Positions 9,545 to 18,595 of a stretch of DNA of 61,832 bases are shown here, piece by piece (within the stretch, counting starts at the first letter, position 1; every line of letters starts with the position of its first letter). Under the pieces are notes generated by a model. It was given only the letters and a program-made list of their open reading frames with translations. It had not been told where the DNA came from and searched no databases. The position numbers and the translations under genes are program-made. Source of the DNA: an uncultured Clostridia bacterium (GTDB lineage: Bacteria; Bacillota; Clostridia; Christensenellales; CAG-314); the NCBI GenBank assembly GCA_947630425.1, contig CANRHN010000004.1, forward strand, positions 1 through 61,832. The letters run 5' to 3'.

Positions 9545-9545
9545 A

Positions 9546-10394
9546 TCAGTAGTACAGCCAAGCGACATCAACGCTCCATTGCTTGCTCATTCCGTAAAGA
9601 AGAAACACTCCCGTGAAGAAGGCTATCATGACAAACGCACCAACAAGGTCGCGCCAGGAAAGCTTCATAACTCGCATACAGGTACGCTTGGTTGCGCCCT
9701 CGTAGCAACGGCTGTTCATGGCGTTGGCAAGCTCCTCCGCACGGCGGAAGCCCCCGACCAACAGCGGTATCAAAATGGGAATAAACGCCTTTGCGCGTTT
9801 TATCAATCCGCCCGTGTCAAAGTCGGCTCCGCGCGCCTTTTGAGCGCGAATAATTCGGTCCGTTTCCTCTATCAAGCTGGGAATAAAGCTGAGCGTCAAG
9901 CTCATAATGAGCGCAAACTCGTGTACGGGAAATTTGACTATGCGCAACGGCTTAAGCAAACTTTCCACTGCGTGCGTAAGATCGACGGGGGTGGTCGTCA
10001 AAGTCAAAACACTCGATCCGATCACCAAGTAGACCAACCTAAGAAAGATTTTTGCCGCGCTTTTTAGACCCGCAACGTAAATTTCTATCTTCCACCAAGA
10101 CCACAACGGCTGCTCGCCATCTTCGCCTTTGGTAAAAAATATGTTGATTATGGCGGTAAGCAAGAGCAAAACGATGATGCCTTTGATGGATTTAAGCACC
10201 GACTTGAGCGGCACGCGCGCAACAAAAATGATTGCAAGCAGCAGCACCGTGACAAAGCCGAACACGACAAAGCTCTTTACGAAAAATATGCCCACCATAA
10301 ACAACAGCGTAAGTATCAATTTGATACGCGCGTCCATTTTGTGTACAAAGGAGTTGCCGGGGTAGTACTGACCGAAGGTGACGTCTCTAAGCAT
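9546..10394 (-). CDS. ecfT: ECF transporter transmembrane component EcfT
   Basis: FGQYYPGNSFVHKMDARIKL N-terminus, AQKARG and AMNSRCY motifs. Confidence 0.95.
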   Translation of the reverse strand: MLRDVTFGQYYPGNSFVHKMDARIKLILTLLFMVGIFFVKSFVVFGFVTVLLLAIIFVARVPLKSVLKSIKGIIVLLLLTAIINIFFTKGEDGEQPLWSWWKIEIYVAGLKSAAKIFLRLVYLVIGSSVLTLTTTPVDLTHAVESLLKPLRIVKFPVHEFALIMSLTLSFIPSLIEETDRIIRAQKARGADFDTGGLIKRAKAFIPILIPLLVGGFRRAEELANAMNSRCYEGATKRTCMRVMKLSWRDLVGAFVMIAFFTGVFLLYGMSKQWSVDVAWLYY

Positions 10395-11298
10395 TGCGCG
10401 CCTCCTTCAACGCCACTACTGCGGCGCAAACATCCTCTACCGTCCTGCAATTTTCGGGAACGACAAAGCCGTTTTTTTCCAATTCGTTGCAAAAAGCCGC
10501 CATAGCGGGCACTTCGAGGTTCATTGCCCGAATTTCCTCTTCTTTGCGGAACAGCTCTCGCGGGGGCAGATCGTAAGCAAGCGTTCCCTCGCGGAAAACA
10601 AGCACGCGATCGGCGTTTTCGTACACCTCGTTCATGTCGTGAGACACCATCAGCACCGTCACGCCGTCGCGTTGGTTTAGCTGACGCACAAGAGACAGCA
10701 CTTCCAGCTTGCCGCGCGGATCTAATCCCGCAGTAGGCTCGTCCATCACAAGTATTTGCGGCTTCATTGCAAGCACGCCCGCCAAAGCCACTCGACGCTT
10801 TTCTCCGCCCGAAAGATCGAAGGGGGACTTGTCCTTTACCTTGTCAAAATCCAATCCGACAAGTTCCAACGCGTCACGCGCCATTTGTTCGCGCTTGTCG
10901 CTTTCCACGCCGAAATTTTTCAGTCCGAAACACACGTCCGCAAGCACCGTGTCGGCAAACAGCTGATACTCGGGGTACTGAAACACCATTCCCACCTGCT
11001 GCCTCAACGCTTTCAAATCGGGCTTTTTTGCCGAAAGGTCATGACCGAGTACGTTCAGATACCCGTCCTGCACGCGTATAAGCGCGTTGAGATGTTGCAC
11101 AAATGTGGTTTTGCCGCTGCCCGTGTGCCCGACGATTGCCACAAACTCGCCGTTACATACCGTCAAATTGATGTTGTCAAGCGCACGTTTTGCAAAGGCG
11201 GATTTGGCGTTGTAAGTAAAGTTGAGATTTTGCGCAAATATCGCCGCGTTTTGCGGCACTTCGACGGCGGGGGCGGTCACTTTTGCAGATTTCGACAT
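10387..11298 (-). CDS. ecfA2: ECF transporter ATPase EcfA2
   Basis: Walker A GHTGSGKTT, FQYPEYQLF Q-loop, LSGGEKRR, DEPTAGLD. Confidence 0.95.
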   Translation of the reverse strand: MSKSAKVTAPAVEVPQNAAIFAQNLNFTYNAKSAFAKRALDNINLTVCNGEFVAIVGHTGSGKTTFVQHLNALIRVQDGYLNVLGHDLSAKKPDLKALRQQVGMVFQYPEYQLFADTVLADVCFGLKNFGVESDKREQMARDALELVGLDFDKVKDKSPFDLSGGEKRRVALAGVLAMKPQILVMDEPTAGLDPRGKLEVLSLVRQLNQRDGVTVLMVSHDMNEVYENADRVLVFREGTLAYDLPPRELFRKEEEIRAMNLEVPAMAAFCNELEKNGFVVPENCRTVEDVCAAVVALKEARNA

Positions 11299-12128
11299 AC
11301 GTCACCTCCCAACTTGAGAGCGTCCGTTTCCCTGACGGACACGTCAAAGCCCGCTTCGGCAAGCGCGCGCGCCAATTCCGCTGTACGAGGGGCACGCAAC
11401 CCCGCGTCCTCCAAAAGCCGCTTGTCTTGGAAAATTTCCGTAGGAGTGCCAATCTTCACCACGTGTCCGTTGTTCATCACAACAACTTGGTCGCAATCAA
11501 GCACTTCTTCCATAAAGTGCGTGATGAGCAAAACGGTCATTCCCTGCGCGTTGAGACGGTGAGCCACCTCCAACACTTCCTTTCGCCCCTGCGGGTCCAG
11601 CATCGCCGTGGATTCGTCCAACACCAAAATTTTGGGACGAATTGCAAGCGCGCCCGCAATTGCAATGCGCTGTTTTTGTCCGCCGGAAAGTCGGTGCGGC
11701 GAACGCTTGGCAAACTCCGTCATGCCCACCTGCTCGAGAGCCTCGTTGACGCGCTCCACAATTTCCTTTTGCGGAACGCCGAGGTTTTCGGGACCGAACG
11801 CAACGTCCTCTTCCACTATGCTTGCCACCATCTGGTTGTCGGGATTTTGAAAAACCATTCCGACGTTTTTGCGTATTTCAAAGATGTTTTCCTTTTTGGC
11901 GGTATCCAATCCGAACACGGTAACAGTGCCGCCTTTGGGGATCAGCAAGCCGTTGAGCAATTTGGCAAGCGTGGATTTGCCGCAACCGTTGTGCCCTACA
12001 AGCGCGACAAAAGCCCCCTCGTTTACAGAGAGAGTGACACCCTCGACGCCTATAGCCGAGCCGACCGTGCCGTCGTCGTTGTACGCTTTGTAGTAGTAAC
12101 TGACGTTGTTGAGGTTGATAACTTCCAT
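11277..12128 (-). CDS. ecfA1: ECF transporter ATPase EcfA1
   Basis: GHNGCGKST, FQNPDNQ, LSGGQKQR, DESTAMLDP. Start placed at MEVINL (12128). Confidence 0.95.
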   Translation of the reverse strand: MEVINLNNVSYYYKAYNDDGTVGSAIGVEGVTLSVNEGAFVALVGHNGCGKSTLAKLLNGLLIPKGGTVTVFGLDTAKKENIFEIRKNVGMVFQNPDNQMVASIVEEDVAFGPENLGVPQKEIVERVNEALEQVGMTEFAKRSPHRLSGGQKQRIAIAGALAIRPKILVLDESTAMLDPQGRKEVLEVAHRLNAQGMTVLLITHFMEEVLDCDQVVVMNNGHVVKIGTPTEIFQDKRLLEDAGLRAPRTAELARALAEAGFDVSVRETDALKLGGDVCRNLQK

Positions 12129-12237
12129 AATCGAATTTATTGTATCAAATAAATACTTTTTTGGCAACAAAATTGCGTGTACCGATATGCAGTCGCACAA
12201 AACGTTGCACCTGACAGCAAAGCTCTTTGCGCTTTTG

Positions 12238-12270
12238 CCAAAAACAAATCCCTCGGGAGCTGCCCGAGGG
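12238..12270 (-). terminator. Intrinsic terminator of rnpB
   Basis: 8-bp stem ccctcggg/cccgaggg followed on the minus strand by atttgtttt. Confidence 0.75.
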
Positions 12271-12285
12271 ACTTGACAAAAACGT

Positions 12286-12610
12286 AAGAGTTCAGTCTGT
12301 AAGCCGAGTTCTGTATTGGACGGTTATCTGTCTAGCACTGTCGTTACCGACAGCGTCAAGCGAATATGTCGAGATGCCGAGCAAGCATTTTGTCTCATTT
12401 CTTGCACCGAGTGGGGTTTACATGAACGCGTTGTCACCAAAACGTTTGTAGGCTCTTACCCTGCATTTCCACCCTTACAGTTTGCACTGCGGTATATTTC
12501 TGTTGCACTTTCCTTGAAGTCGCCTTCACAGGCCGTTAGCCTGCACTCTTGCTCTGTGGTGCTCGGACTTTCCTCGTGAGTTGCCCCACGCAACCGTCTG
12601 GCTGTCTCTT
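12286..12610 (-). ncRNA. rnpB: RNase P RNA (bacterial, type A-like)
   Basis: The minus strand has the P4 signatures GAGGAAAGTCCGAGC near the 5' end and ACAGAACTCGGCTTACA near the 3' end, plus internal AGTGCAACAGAAA, GGTAAGAG and GTAAACCCC motifs. The ends pair (aagag...ctctt). A promoter and a terminator flank it. Confidence 0.95.
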
Positions 12611-12618
12611 ACCGTTTG

Positions 12619-12647
12619 ATTTTACCGCAAGAGAAAATTTTTGTCAA
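12619..12647 (-). promoter_or_regulatory. SigmaA promoter of rnpB
   Basis: TTGACA-17 bp-TAAAAT immediately upstream of the RNA. Confidence 0.8.
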
Positions 12648-12757
12648 TCAAAAACGATTTTTTTGCCGAAAGGACAAAACGCAACGCGACGTCCTTGTTT
12701 CTGCACGCAAAAAGCCGTAAAACCGCGGTTCAATTGCTTTCACCATTCAAAACAACA

Positions 12758-12788
12758 ACCCCATATTGGCAAAAACGCAACATGGGGT
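12758..12788. repeat. Palindromic intergenic repeat copy (REP-like)
   Basis: accccatattg-gcaaaaacg-caacatggggt. Confidence 0.7.
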
Positions 12789-12809
12789 CGAAAAAATTGC
12801 AAGAATATG

Positions 12810-13451
12810 TTACCGTAAGGTCTCCGTAGCCACACCGTTCAGGTAGTCGTCCGCGGGCACATTGTCCGCATAGGCGGCGAGCTTGGTGACGCGGTAATCG
12901 CCCGAAAGACCGTGTTTTTTCATCAAGTGCAACACAAGTCGGTCGGGACGCAAATTTGCGTTGCCAATTGCAAGGGTAACGAGCGCAGTATCGTCGTCCA
13001 CGCGCTCGACGGCAAAAATTTTTTCCGAAACGTCCTTGGTTACGGGCGCGCCGCGTTCATCAACGATGATGGAGTAAGCGGGAGCGGTAATTTCTTCTGC
13101 CACCTTGCCCAACCCATTGGCTTGCAGCCGATACTGCGCGCGATTAAACGTTGCCGCCAAATTGACGTTGGCGCACCATTGTCGCACAAAGCAAATGCCC
13201 GCAGGACTTGCGTCGTTGAGACGGTCGATGATGTTTGCAGTTTGTGCAGTGCGCACGGAAACATACTCCGCAAAAGATTCCACTCCCAACGCTATGGGCG
13301 GCGAAAAGCCCAATTCCATGTGAGGGTTGTAGCCCTTGGAGTACTCCGCGTCCACTCCCGCGCGACGCAAAAGGTAGGTAACGGCGCGCAAATTGTCTAC
13401 GTGCGACACCAACGCGGCAGATTCGGTTTTTGTAAATTTGAATATAAGCAT
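12810..13451 (-). CDS. TIGR03936/DUF2344 radical SAM-linked protein
   Basis: LRRAGVDAEYSKGYNPHMELGFSPPIALGVESFAEY resembles the family signature. It lies directly downstream of the radical SAM gene. Confidence 0.85.
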   Translation of the reverse strand: MLIFKFTKTESAALVSHVDNLRAVTYLLRRAGVDAEYSKGYNPHMELGFSPPIALGVESFAEYVSVRTAQTANIIDRLNDASPAGICFVRQWCANVNLAATFNRAQYRLQANGLGKVAEEITAPAYSIIVDERGAPVTKDVSEKIFAVERVDDDTALVTLAIGNANLRPDRLVLHLMKKHGLSGDYRVTKLAAYADNVPADDYLNGVATETLR

Positions 13452-13527
13452 AGTTTTGAAAAATGCGTTTCGTCGTTGATTTACGGCGTTTTGACGGAGC
13501 TGCTTGCTGTCTGACGACAGGGCGGTT

Positions 13528-15339
13528 TCAATCCGCGTTTTTTACGTTTCCGTGCGAAGCGTTACAGTAACCGTACTTTTTGAGACCGCAACCGTTGCAC
13601 TGTTTGTTGCAAGAGGGGGTTGTGGTTCCATTCATCGCTTTGTCAAATTCGCTTTTGAAGTAACTTTTTGTAACGCCTATATCAACAAAGTCCCAAGGTA
13701 AAACCTCGTCCGTTTGCTTTGCTCCGACAATATACGCCACGTCTGTGCCGCACTGCTCAAACGCCTTGCGATAGTGCCCGAAGTCGAACATTTCGCCCCA
13801 CGCGTCAAACCGCGCGCCGTCTTTGTAAGCAAGGTAGAGCGCGTCGGCAATGCTCCTGCCTCCTCGTGCCAACACCGCTTCCATAACGGAGCTGTCGTAG
13901 TCGTTGTAGCTGAATTCGATACCGCTCTTTTTGCAGGAATCCATCAAATATTTTTGCTTGGCAACAATGTCGTCCCTGTCGGCAAAGGCGCACCACTGAA
14001 AGGGCGTAAAGGGCTTGGGAATGAAGGTTGACGTGGAAACATACAGCCGCAGCGGCTTTGTTGACGTACGCAGCTTTTTGTACAACGCGCGAATACGGCA
14101 TGCCAAGCGGTAAATTTCTTCCACGTCCTCCATCGTCTCGGTGGGCAGCCCCAACATAAAATAGAGCTTGACGGAGGAGTACCCCTCCTTAAACGCCTCG
14201 GTAAGGGTGTCGAAAATGTTTTCTTCGGTGATATTTTTGTTTATCACGTCACGCAGACGTTGCGTGCCCGCTTCCGGCGCAAAGGTGAGGGAGCTTTTGC
14301 GGTTGCCGCTTGCCATTTTGCCACGAAAACTATCCAGCCGCATGCTCGGCAGGTTGAGTTGCACGTGACGCTGTTCCGCGTAGGGGTAAAGCTTTTCCAA
14401 CAGCGGCATCAGCTCGCTATAGTCGCTTGTGGAAAGGCTGTTGAGGGACAGCTCGTCGTAACCGGTGCTTTCCAGCAAATCCCTGCAAAGCTCAAAGGCG
14501 TTTTCCGCGGTGCGTTCCCTTACGGGACGGTATATAAAGCCCGCCTGACAAAATCTGCAACCGTTGGCACAGCCTCTGAACAGCTCCGCGACAGCGCGGT
14601 CGTGCACTATCTCCATGCTCGGCACAAGCTGAGTTCTCGGGGTAAACACGGTGTTCATGTCACTTTCGATGTTGCGCCACACTCGACGGTCGGGAACTTT
14701 CAGCACTTTGTCCCCGTCGTACAACGCAGGGTGCAACGACGGAACGTAAATGCATTCGTAGTGTTCGTCTACATAGCGCAAAAAGTCGATTTTTTTGACC
14801 CCATGTTCTGTTTTTTGCTTTTTGTAGTCCTCGATTATCTCCTTCCACGGAGTTTCGCCCTCTCCTACAAAAAAGAAATCGAAGTACTTGTACATCGGCT
14901 CGGGATTGACCGTACACGGTCCGCCGCCCACCACAAAGGGCATGTCCTCGCCGCGTTGTTCGCTCAAAACGGGAATGTCCGCCAATTCCAACATATAAAA
15001 TACGTTGCTGTAGCACATCTCGTACTGCATGGAAAAGCCCACAAAATCAAACTCCTTAAGCGGGCGTTGGGTTTCCAGACTGCAAAGGGGCAAGCCGCGC
15101 TCTTTCAGATAGCTTGCGTAATCGGCAAAGGGCGCGTAACAGCGTTCACACACCACTTTGTCTAAGGAATTGAACAAATAGTACAAAATGCGAACGCCCA
15201 AATTGGACATTCCCACCTCGTAGCTGTCCGCCACGCACATACAAAAACGCACGTCGCAGCTTTTGTTCATATCGGGCGTGTTGTACTCCCCGCCGAAATA
15301 TCGGTATGGTTTTTGAACGGTATCCGTTAGTTTTGTCAA
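13528..15339 (-). CDS. TIGR03960-family B12-binding radical SAM protein
   Basis: PYRYFGGEYN N-terminus, RGCANGCRFCQAG (CxxxCxxC), TFAPEAGTQRLRDVINK. TTG start with an AGGAG RBS overlapping the hexokinase stop. Confidence 0.9.
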   Translation of the reverse strand: MTKLTDTVQKPYRYFGGEYNTPDMNKSCDVRFCMCVADSYEVGMSNLGVRILYYLFNSLDKVVCERCYAPFADYASYLKERGLPLCSLETQRPLKEFDFVGFSMQYEMCYSNVFYMLELADIPVLSEQRGEDMPFVVGGGPCTVNPEPMYKYFDFFFVGEGETPWKEIIEDYKKQKTEHGVKKIDFLRYVDEHYECIYVPSLHPALYDGDKVLKVPDRRVWRNIESDMNTVFTPRTQLVPSMEIVHDRAVAELFRGCANGCRFCQAGFIYRPVRERTAENAFELCRDLLESTGYDELSLNSLSTSDYSELMPLLEKLYPYAEQRHVQLNLPSMRLDSFRGKMASGNRKSSLTFAPEAGTQRLRDVINKNITEENIFDTLTEAFKEGYSSVKLYFMLGLPTETMEDVEEIYRLACRIRALYKKLRTSTKPLRLYVSTSTFIPKPFTPFQWCAFADRDDIVAKQKYLMDSCKKSGIEFSYNDYDSSVMEAVLARGGRSIADALYLAYKDGARFDAWGEMFDFGHYRKAFEQCGTDVAYIVGAKQTDEVLPWDFVDIGVTKSYFKSEFDKAMNGTTTPSCNKQCNGCGLKKYGYCNASHGNVKNAD

Positions 15340-15349
15340 AAGTAAACTC

Positions 15350-16600
15350 CTATTTCAACGTCATTGTAGCCATCAACGTGCCTACCAGATTAAGATCCTC
15401 TCCCTGCAACAATTTGTAACGAATGTCGTATCTGTTCAAAATGTCGGCAAGATACTTTTCAAAGTACTCGCGGTAGCCGCACAGCTTGTTGAAGGTCGTG
15501 CCCTCCGCCACCACCGCCACGGGCAATGTTTTGTCTTTGCAGGAGGCAATGGCAAGCGCGGCGTTGACGATCGCTCCCATTTTGGCGGCGCGCCGCACCA
15601 ATTCGTCGCAAAGTTCTTTGGCAAATTGTTCGTCGCTTTCGCTTGTAAACATGCCGTGCAGACCGTTTCCCGCCAAAAACTCGCTTACGTCCTTGAGGTT
15701 TACGGGCTGAATGTGCGTTTCCGACTCAAAACACTTTTCCTCTCTCGCCACGCGAAACGCCTCGTAAATCACGTCGGCAAGGTACTTGCCGCTGGTCATC
15801 TTTTCAAAAAGCTGCTTGTCGGGAACGGCGGTGCGCGCTATCGTCGTGCGGTCGAAATCCCCCTGACAAAATCCGTCGAAATTTCCGCATTCCGTGTTGA
15901 CAAGCATTTGTCCCGCAGGCAGATTGCGCACCTTGGCGATGTTTTCCGTGTTTTCCACGTAGCACACGTTTGTGCCCGTGCCGTAAATATAGCCCAAGTA
16001 GGCGGAGAACCTTTCGTTGAAACTTGCCATTCCCCCCAAAAGCGTTGCAACCGTGTCGTTGAGAATTACAATACGTCTGTCGGCGTCGTCGTACTTTTTG
16101 CAGGCGGCAAGCGTTTCCCGTCCCACCTTTGTGCCGATAACTTCGGGAGCTTTTACTTCCTTGCTGAACATGACCACCGTGCCGTCCACGTCCGCGCCCA
16201 TATCGACCTGATAGGAAAAACAAAAGCCTATGTCCCGCGCCTCGCCTAGCAAACGGGAAATGTTGGCGGCTATCGCGTCGTAAAACTCCTCTTTGGTCAA
16301 AAACTTGTCCGAAGCGGGCATCGTTGTTTTGCGCAAGCCTTCTATCACCGCCTTGCCTTGAGCGTCAAAGTAGCCCGTTGCGCTGCGAAAGTTTGTGCCG
16401 CCCGCGTCAATCAAAATACGCTTGACGCCCGTTTGTATGTTGCTGCGGTCGGCGTTCATGATGTAAGTGGGGATCATGGGCATTCCGCCTTTACCCTGCA
16501 AGCCGAGCCGCATTTGCTCCCAAAACTTGTCGAGCGAACCGTTTTCGTCTATGCAATCGACACTCTGACCGTGCTTGTACAAAAATTCCTTTGCCGTCAT
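15350..16600 (-). CDS. Hexokinase (eukaryote-like hexokinase family)
   Basis: IDAGGTNFRS, GFCFSY, ILNDTVATLL, GTGTNVCY, NTECGNF and FEKMTSGKYL match the hexokinase_1/2 motifs. Confidence 0.9.
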   Translation of the reverse strand: MTAKEFLYKHGQSVDCIDENGSLDKFWEQMRLGLQGKGGMPMIPTYIMNADRSNIQTGVKRILIDAGGTNFRSATGYFDAQGKAVIEGLRKTTMPASDKFLTKEEFYDAIAANISRLLGEARDIGFCFSYQVDMGADVDGTVVMFSKEVKAPEVIGTKVGRETLAACKKYDDADRRIVILNDTVATLLGGMASFNERFSAYLGYIYGTGTNVCYVENTENIAKVRNLPAGQMLVNTECGNFDGFCQGDFDRTTIARTAVPDKQLFEKMTSGKYLADVIYEAFRVAREEKCFESETHIQPVNLKDVSEFLAGNGLHGMFTSESDEQFAKELCDELVRRAAKMGAIVNAALAIASCKDKTLPVAVVAEGTTFNKLCGYREYFEKYLADILNRYDIRYKLLQGEDLNLVGTLMATMTLK

Positions 16601-17541
16601 ACATTGTCCTCCAAAACGTCGTTAACGCATATAACTTTTATCAAACCTTGTTCCTGCAATTCGGCAACGCGCTTTTCGCGCATTTCGTCCTGTTGAGTGG
16701 GCTGTTTTACGCGAACATAGTAATTGCCCTTGAACAGCTTTGCCGTGTAGCGTCCGCCGTGTTCGACTATCTCCGTAAGCACCTGCCACAGCTCGTCGCT
16801 TTGCGAAAGCTCCAGCGACCTTGCCAAACAAAACGCCTTGTTTCCGTAGGCGTTGTCCTTGCGACGAACGTTGGCTACAAACCGCTTTATATGCTCGATT
16901 GCCTGTTGCGTGACGTTTTTGCGGGAAGTTTGCCCTTCCAGCGAAACAGAGCGAGTCAGCTCGAAATTGACGTTTGTCCCCCACCGCACCTTGTATTTTT
17001 CCACAAGACCGTTCAAATCCAAGCCGCTTTGCTCTACCAGATATTTGAGCGTAAGCAAAGACGCGTAAGCGTCCTCCTCGGAGTTGTGCTGACAAAACGT
17101 AAAGCCTATTTCGTCGGCGATTTTAGACAACCCCTTTACCTCGCTTTCGCCCTTGTACAGCCTGTACAGCAATTGAGAACAAACAAACTTAAACTCTATG
17201 CAGGGCAGACGGTAGCGTTCGCAAGCCTTGTTGAGCATTCTCACGTCGCTGTCTACCGCGTGCCCCAGCACAATGTACTGCGGGTCGGTGAGCAACGCTT
17301 TCAGACGGGGATAAACATGTTTGAAGTCGGGAGAGGAAGCAAGCAGCTTTTTGTCGAGGTGCAAATCAATACCCACGTTGGCGCGCGTTCCGTTGAGATT
17401 GTACTTGGTGCGCGGATTTATCCAAATATTTTCGCGGCTCAAAACGTTAAAATGTTCGTCGGCAATCACCACCCCAACGCTGCACACGCTGGAAAGCATA
17501 TAACCGTTTGCCGCTTCTATGTCGAATGCAAGATACTTCAT
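16597..17541 (-). CDS. DEDDh 3'-5' exonuclease (DnaQ-like) with a possible C-terminal BRCT-like domain
   Basis: ExoI FDIEAAN, ExoII GHAVDSDVRML, ExoIII HNSEEDA. Confidence 0.8.
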   Translation of the reverse strand: MKYLAFDIEAANGYMLSSVCSVGVVIADEHFNVLSRENIWINPRTKYNLNGTRANVGIDLHLDKKLLASSPDFKHVYPRLKALLTDPQYIVLGHAVDSDVRMLNKACERYRLPCIEFKFVCSQLLYRLYKGESEVKGLSKIADEIGFTFCQHNSEEDAYASLLTLKYLVEQSGLDLNGLVEKYKVRWGTNVNFELTRSVSLEGQTSRKNVTQQAIEHIKRFVANVRRKDNAYGNKAFCLARSLELSQSDELWQVLTEIVEHGGRYTAKLFKGNYYVRVKQPTQQDEMREKRVAELQEQGLIKVICVNDVLEDNV

Positions 17542-17669
17542 TACAAAAAACCCTGCCTATACTTTAACATCTTTGCAGGGTTTTTGCAAGGAAAAAAACA
17601 AAATTGTAATTGTTGGAGTGCGCCTCGCCGCCTTGGTCTCTCCGCCTGTTGCGGCAAAAAACAAATTCG

Positions 17670-18086
17670 CTACTCGTCCGAGCTGTCGTTTGTTATCTCC
17701 GACTGCTTTTGTTTGCGCTTTTTGACGATAAATTTGATTGCGACAACCAATTGCCACACACCCACCGCCAACAAAAACACCGCAAAGCAGTAACGAAGCA
17801 CGCTGTCGCTTGCAATGTCCGCAACAAGCGCGCCCACAACGGCAAACGCAATGGCGGGAACTATCAACCACCAAATATGTTTTGGCTTGAGCAGCTTGTT
17901 TTTGGCATGGAATATCAGTGCAACGCAACACATTGGCAAAAAGCTTATCAGGTTTATCGCCTGCACCGTCTTTTGCGGAATTTCGAGAAAACTCAACAAC
18001 GGCACCAAAACCGTTCCACCGCCCATGCCCATTCCGCCCACTATGCCCGCAAGCGCACCGAACAATATCAAAAGAAAAATTTTCAT
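17670..18086 (-). CDS. TauE/SafE (TSUP) family half-transporter
   Basis: GALAGIVGGMGMGGGTVLVP motif and about 4 TM. Start placed at MKIFLL (18086). Confidence 0.85.
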   Translation of the reverse strand: MKIFLLILFGALAGIVGGMGMGGGTVLVPLLSFLEIPQKTVQAINLISFLPMCCVALIFHAKNKLLKPKHIWWLIVPAIAFAVVGALVADIASDSVLRYCFAVFLLAVGVWQLVVAIKFIVKKRKQKQSEITNDSSDE

Positions 18087-18094
18087 GCTTCCAC

Positions 18095-18460
18095 CTAAAA
18101 AAACATTTTTATGCCGCCGGCAATCAGCACCAACGCAAAAATTATTTTGACCACATTGCCTTTCAGCTTGCTCAGCAACAGCGCACCCGCCACGCCTCCG
18201 ACAACGACTCCCAGCGTTGCCCACAGGGTCGGAATCCAATCTACGCTGCCCTTGACAAGGTACACTATCGCCGACACCGCAGTCAGCGGCAAAATGACGA
18301 GCAGTGCCGTTGCCTGAGAGTATTTTTGGTGCAATTTGACAACGGCAAGCAGCAACGCGACGATCAGCACGCCGCCACCGCCGCCGAGAAATCCGTTTAC
18401 AAAACCCGCCGCCGCGGAAAAAATTACCAAGATCCACTTACTTTTTGCCGTCAAATTCAT
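18095..18460 (-). CDS. TauE/SafE (TSUP) family half-transporter
   Basis: AGFVNGFLGGGGGVLIV motif and about 4 TM. Paired with the downstream half. Confidence 0.85.
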   Translation of the reverse strand: MNLTAKSKWILVIFSAAAGFVNGFLGGGGGVLIVALLLAVVKLHQKYSQATALLVILPLTAVSAIVYLVKGSVDWIPTLWATLGVVVGGVAGALLLSKLKGNVVKIIFALVLIAGGIKMFF

Positions 18461-18595
18461 TTTTGTTTCCTAAATTTTCCGTAGATTGCCATTATTTGAT
18501 TGATTTTTATTTTAGTTTGTATTAAAATAAAAGCACGTATGTATTGAGGTCTACCGAAATACGCAAAAACACTTTTGAAAAGGTACTTAACAGCT

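Noticed and set aside
8387-12152. Plus-strand ORFs such as 8387..9535, 10756..11562 and 11283..12152
   Set aside because: They are antisense to truA and the ecf genes.
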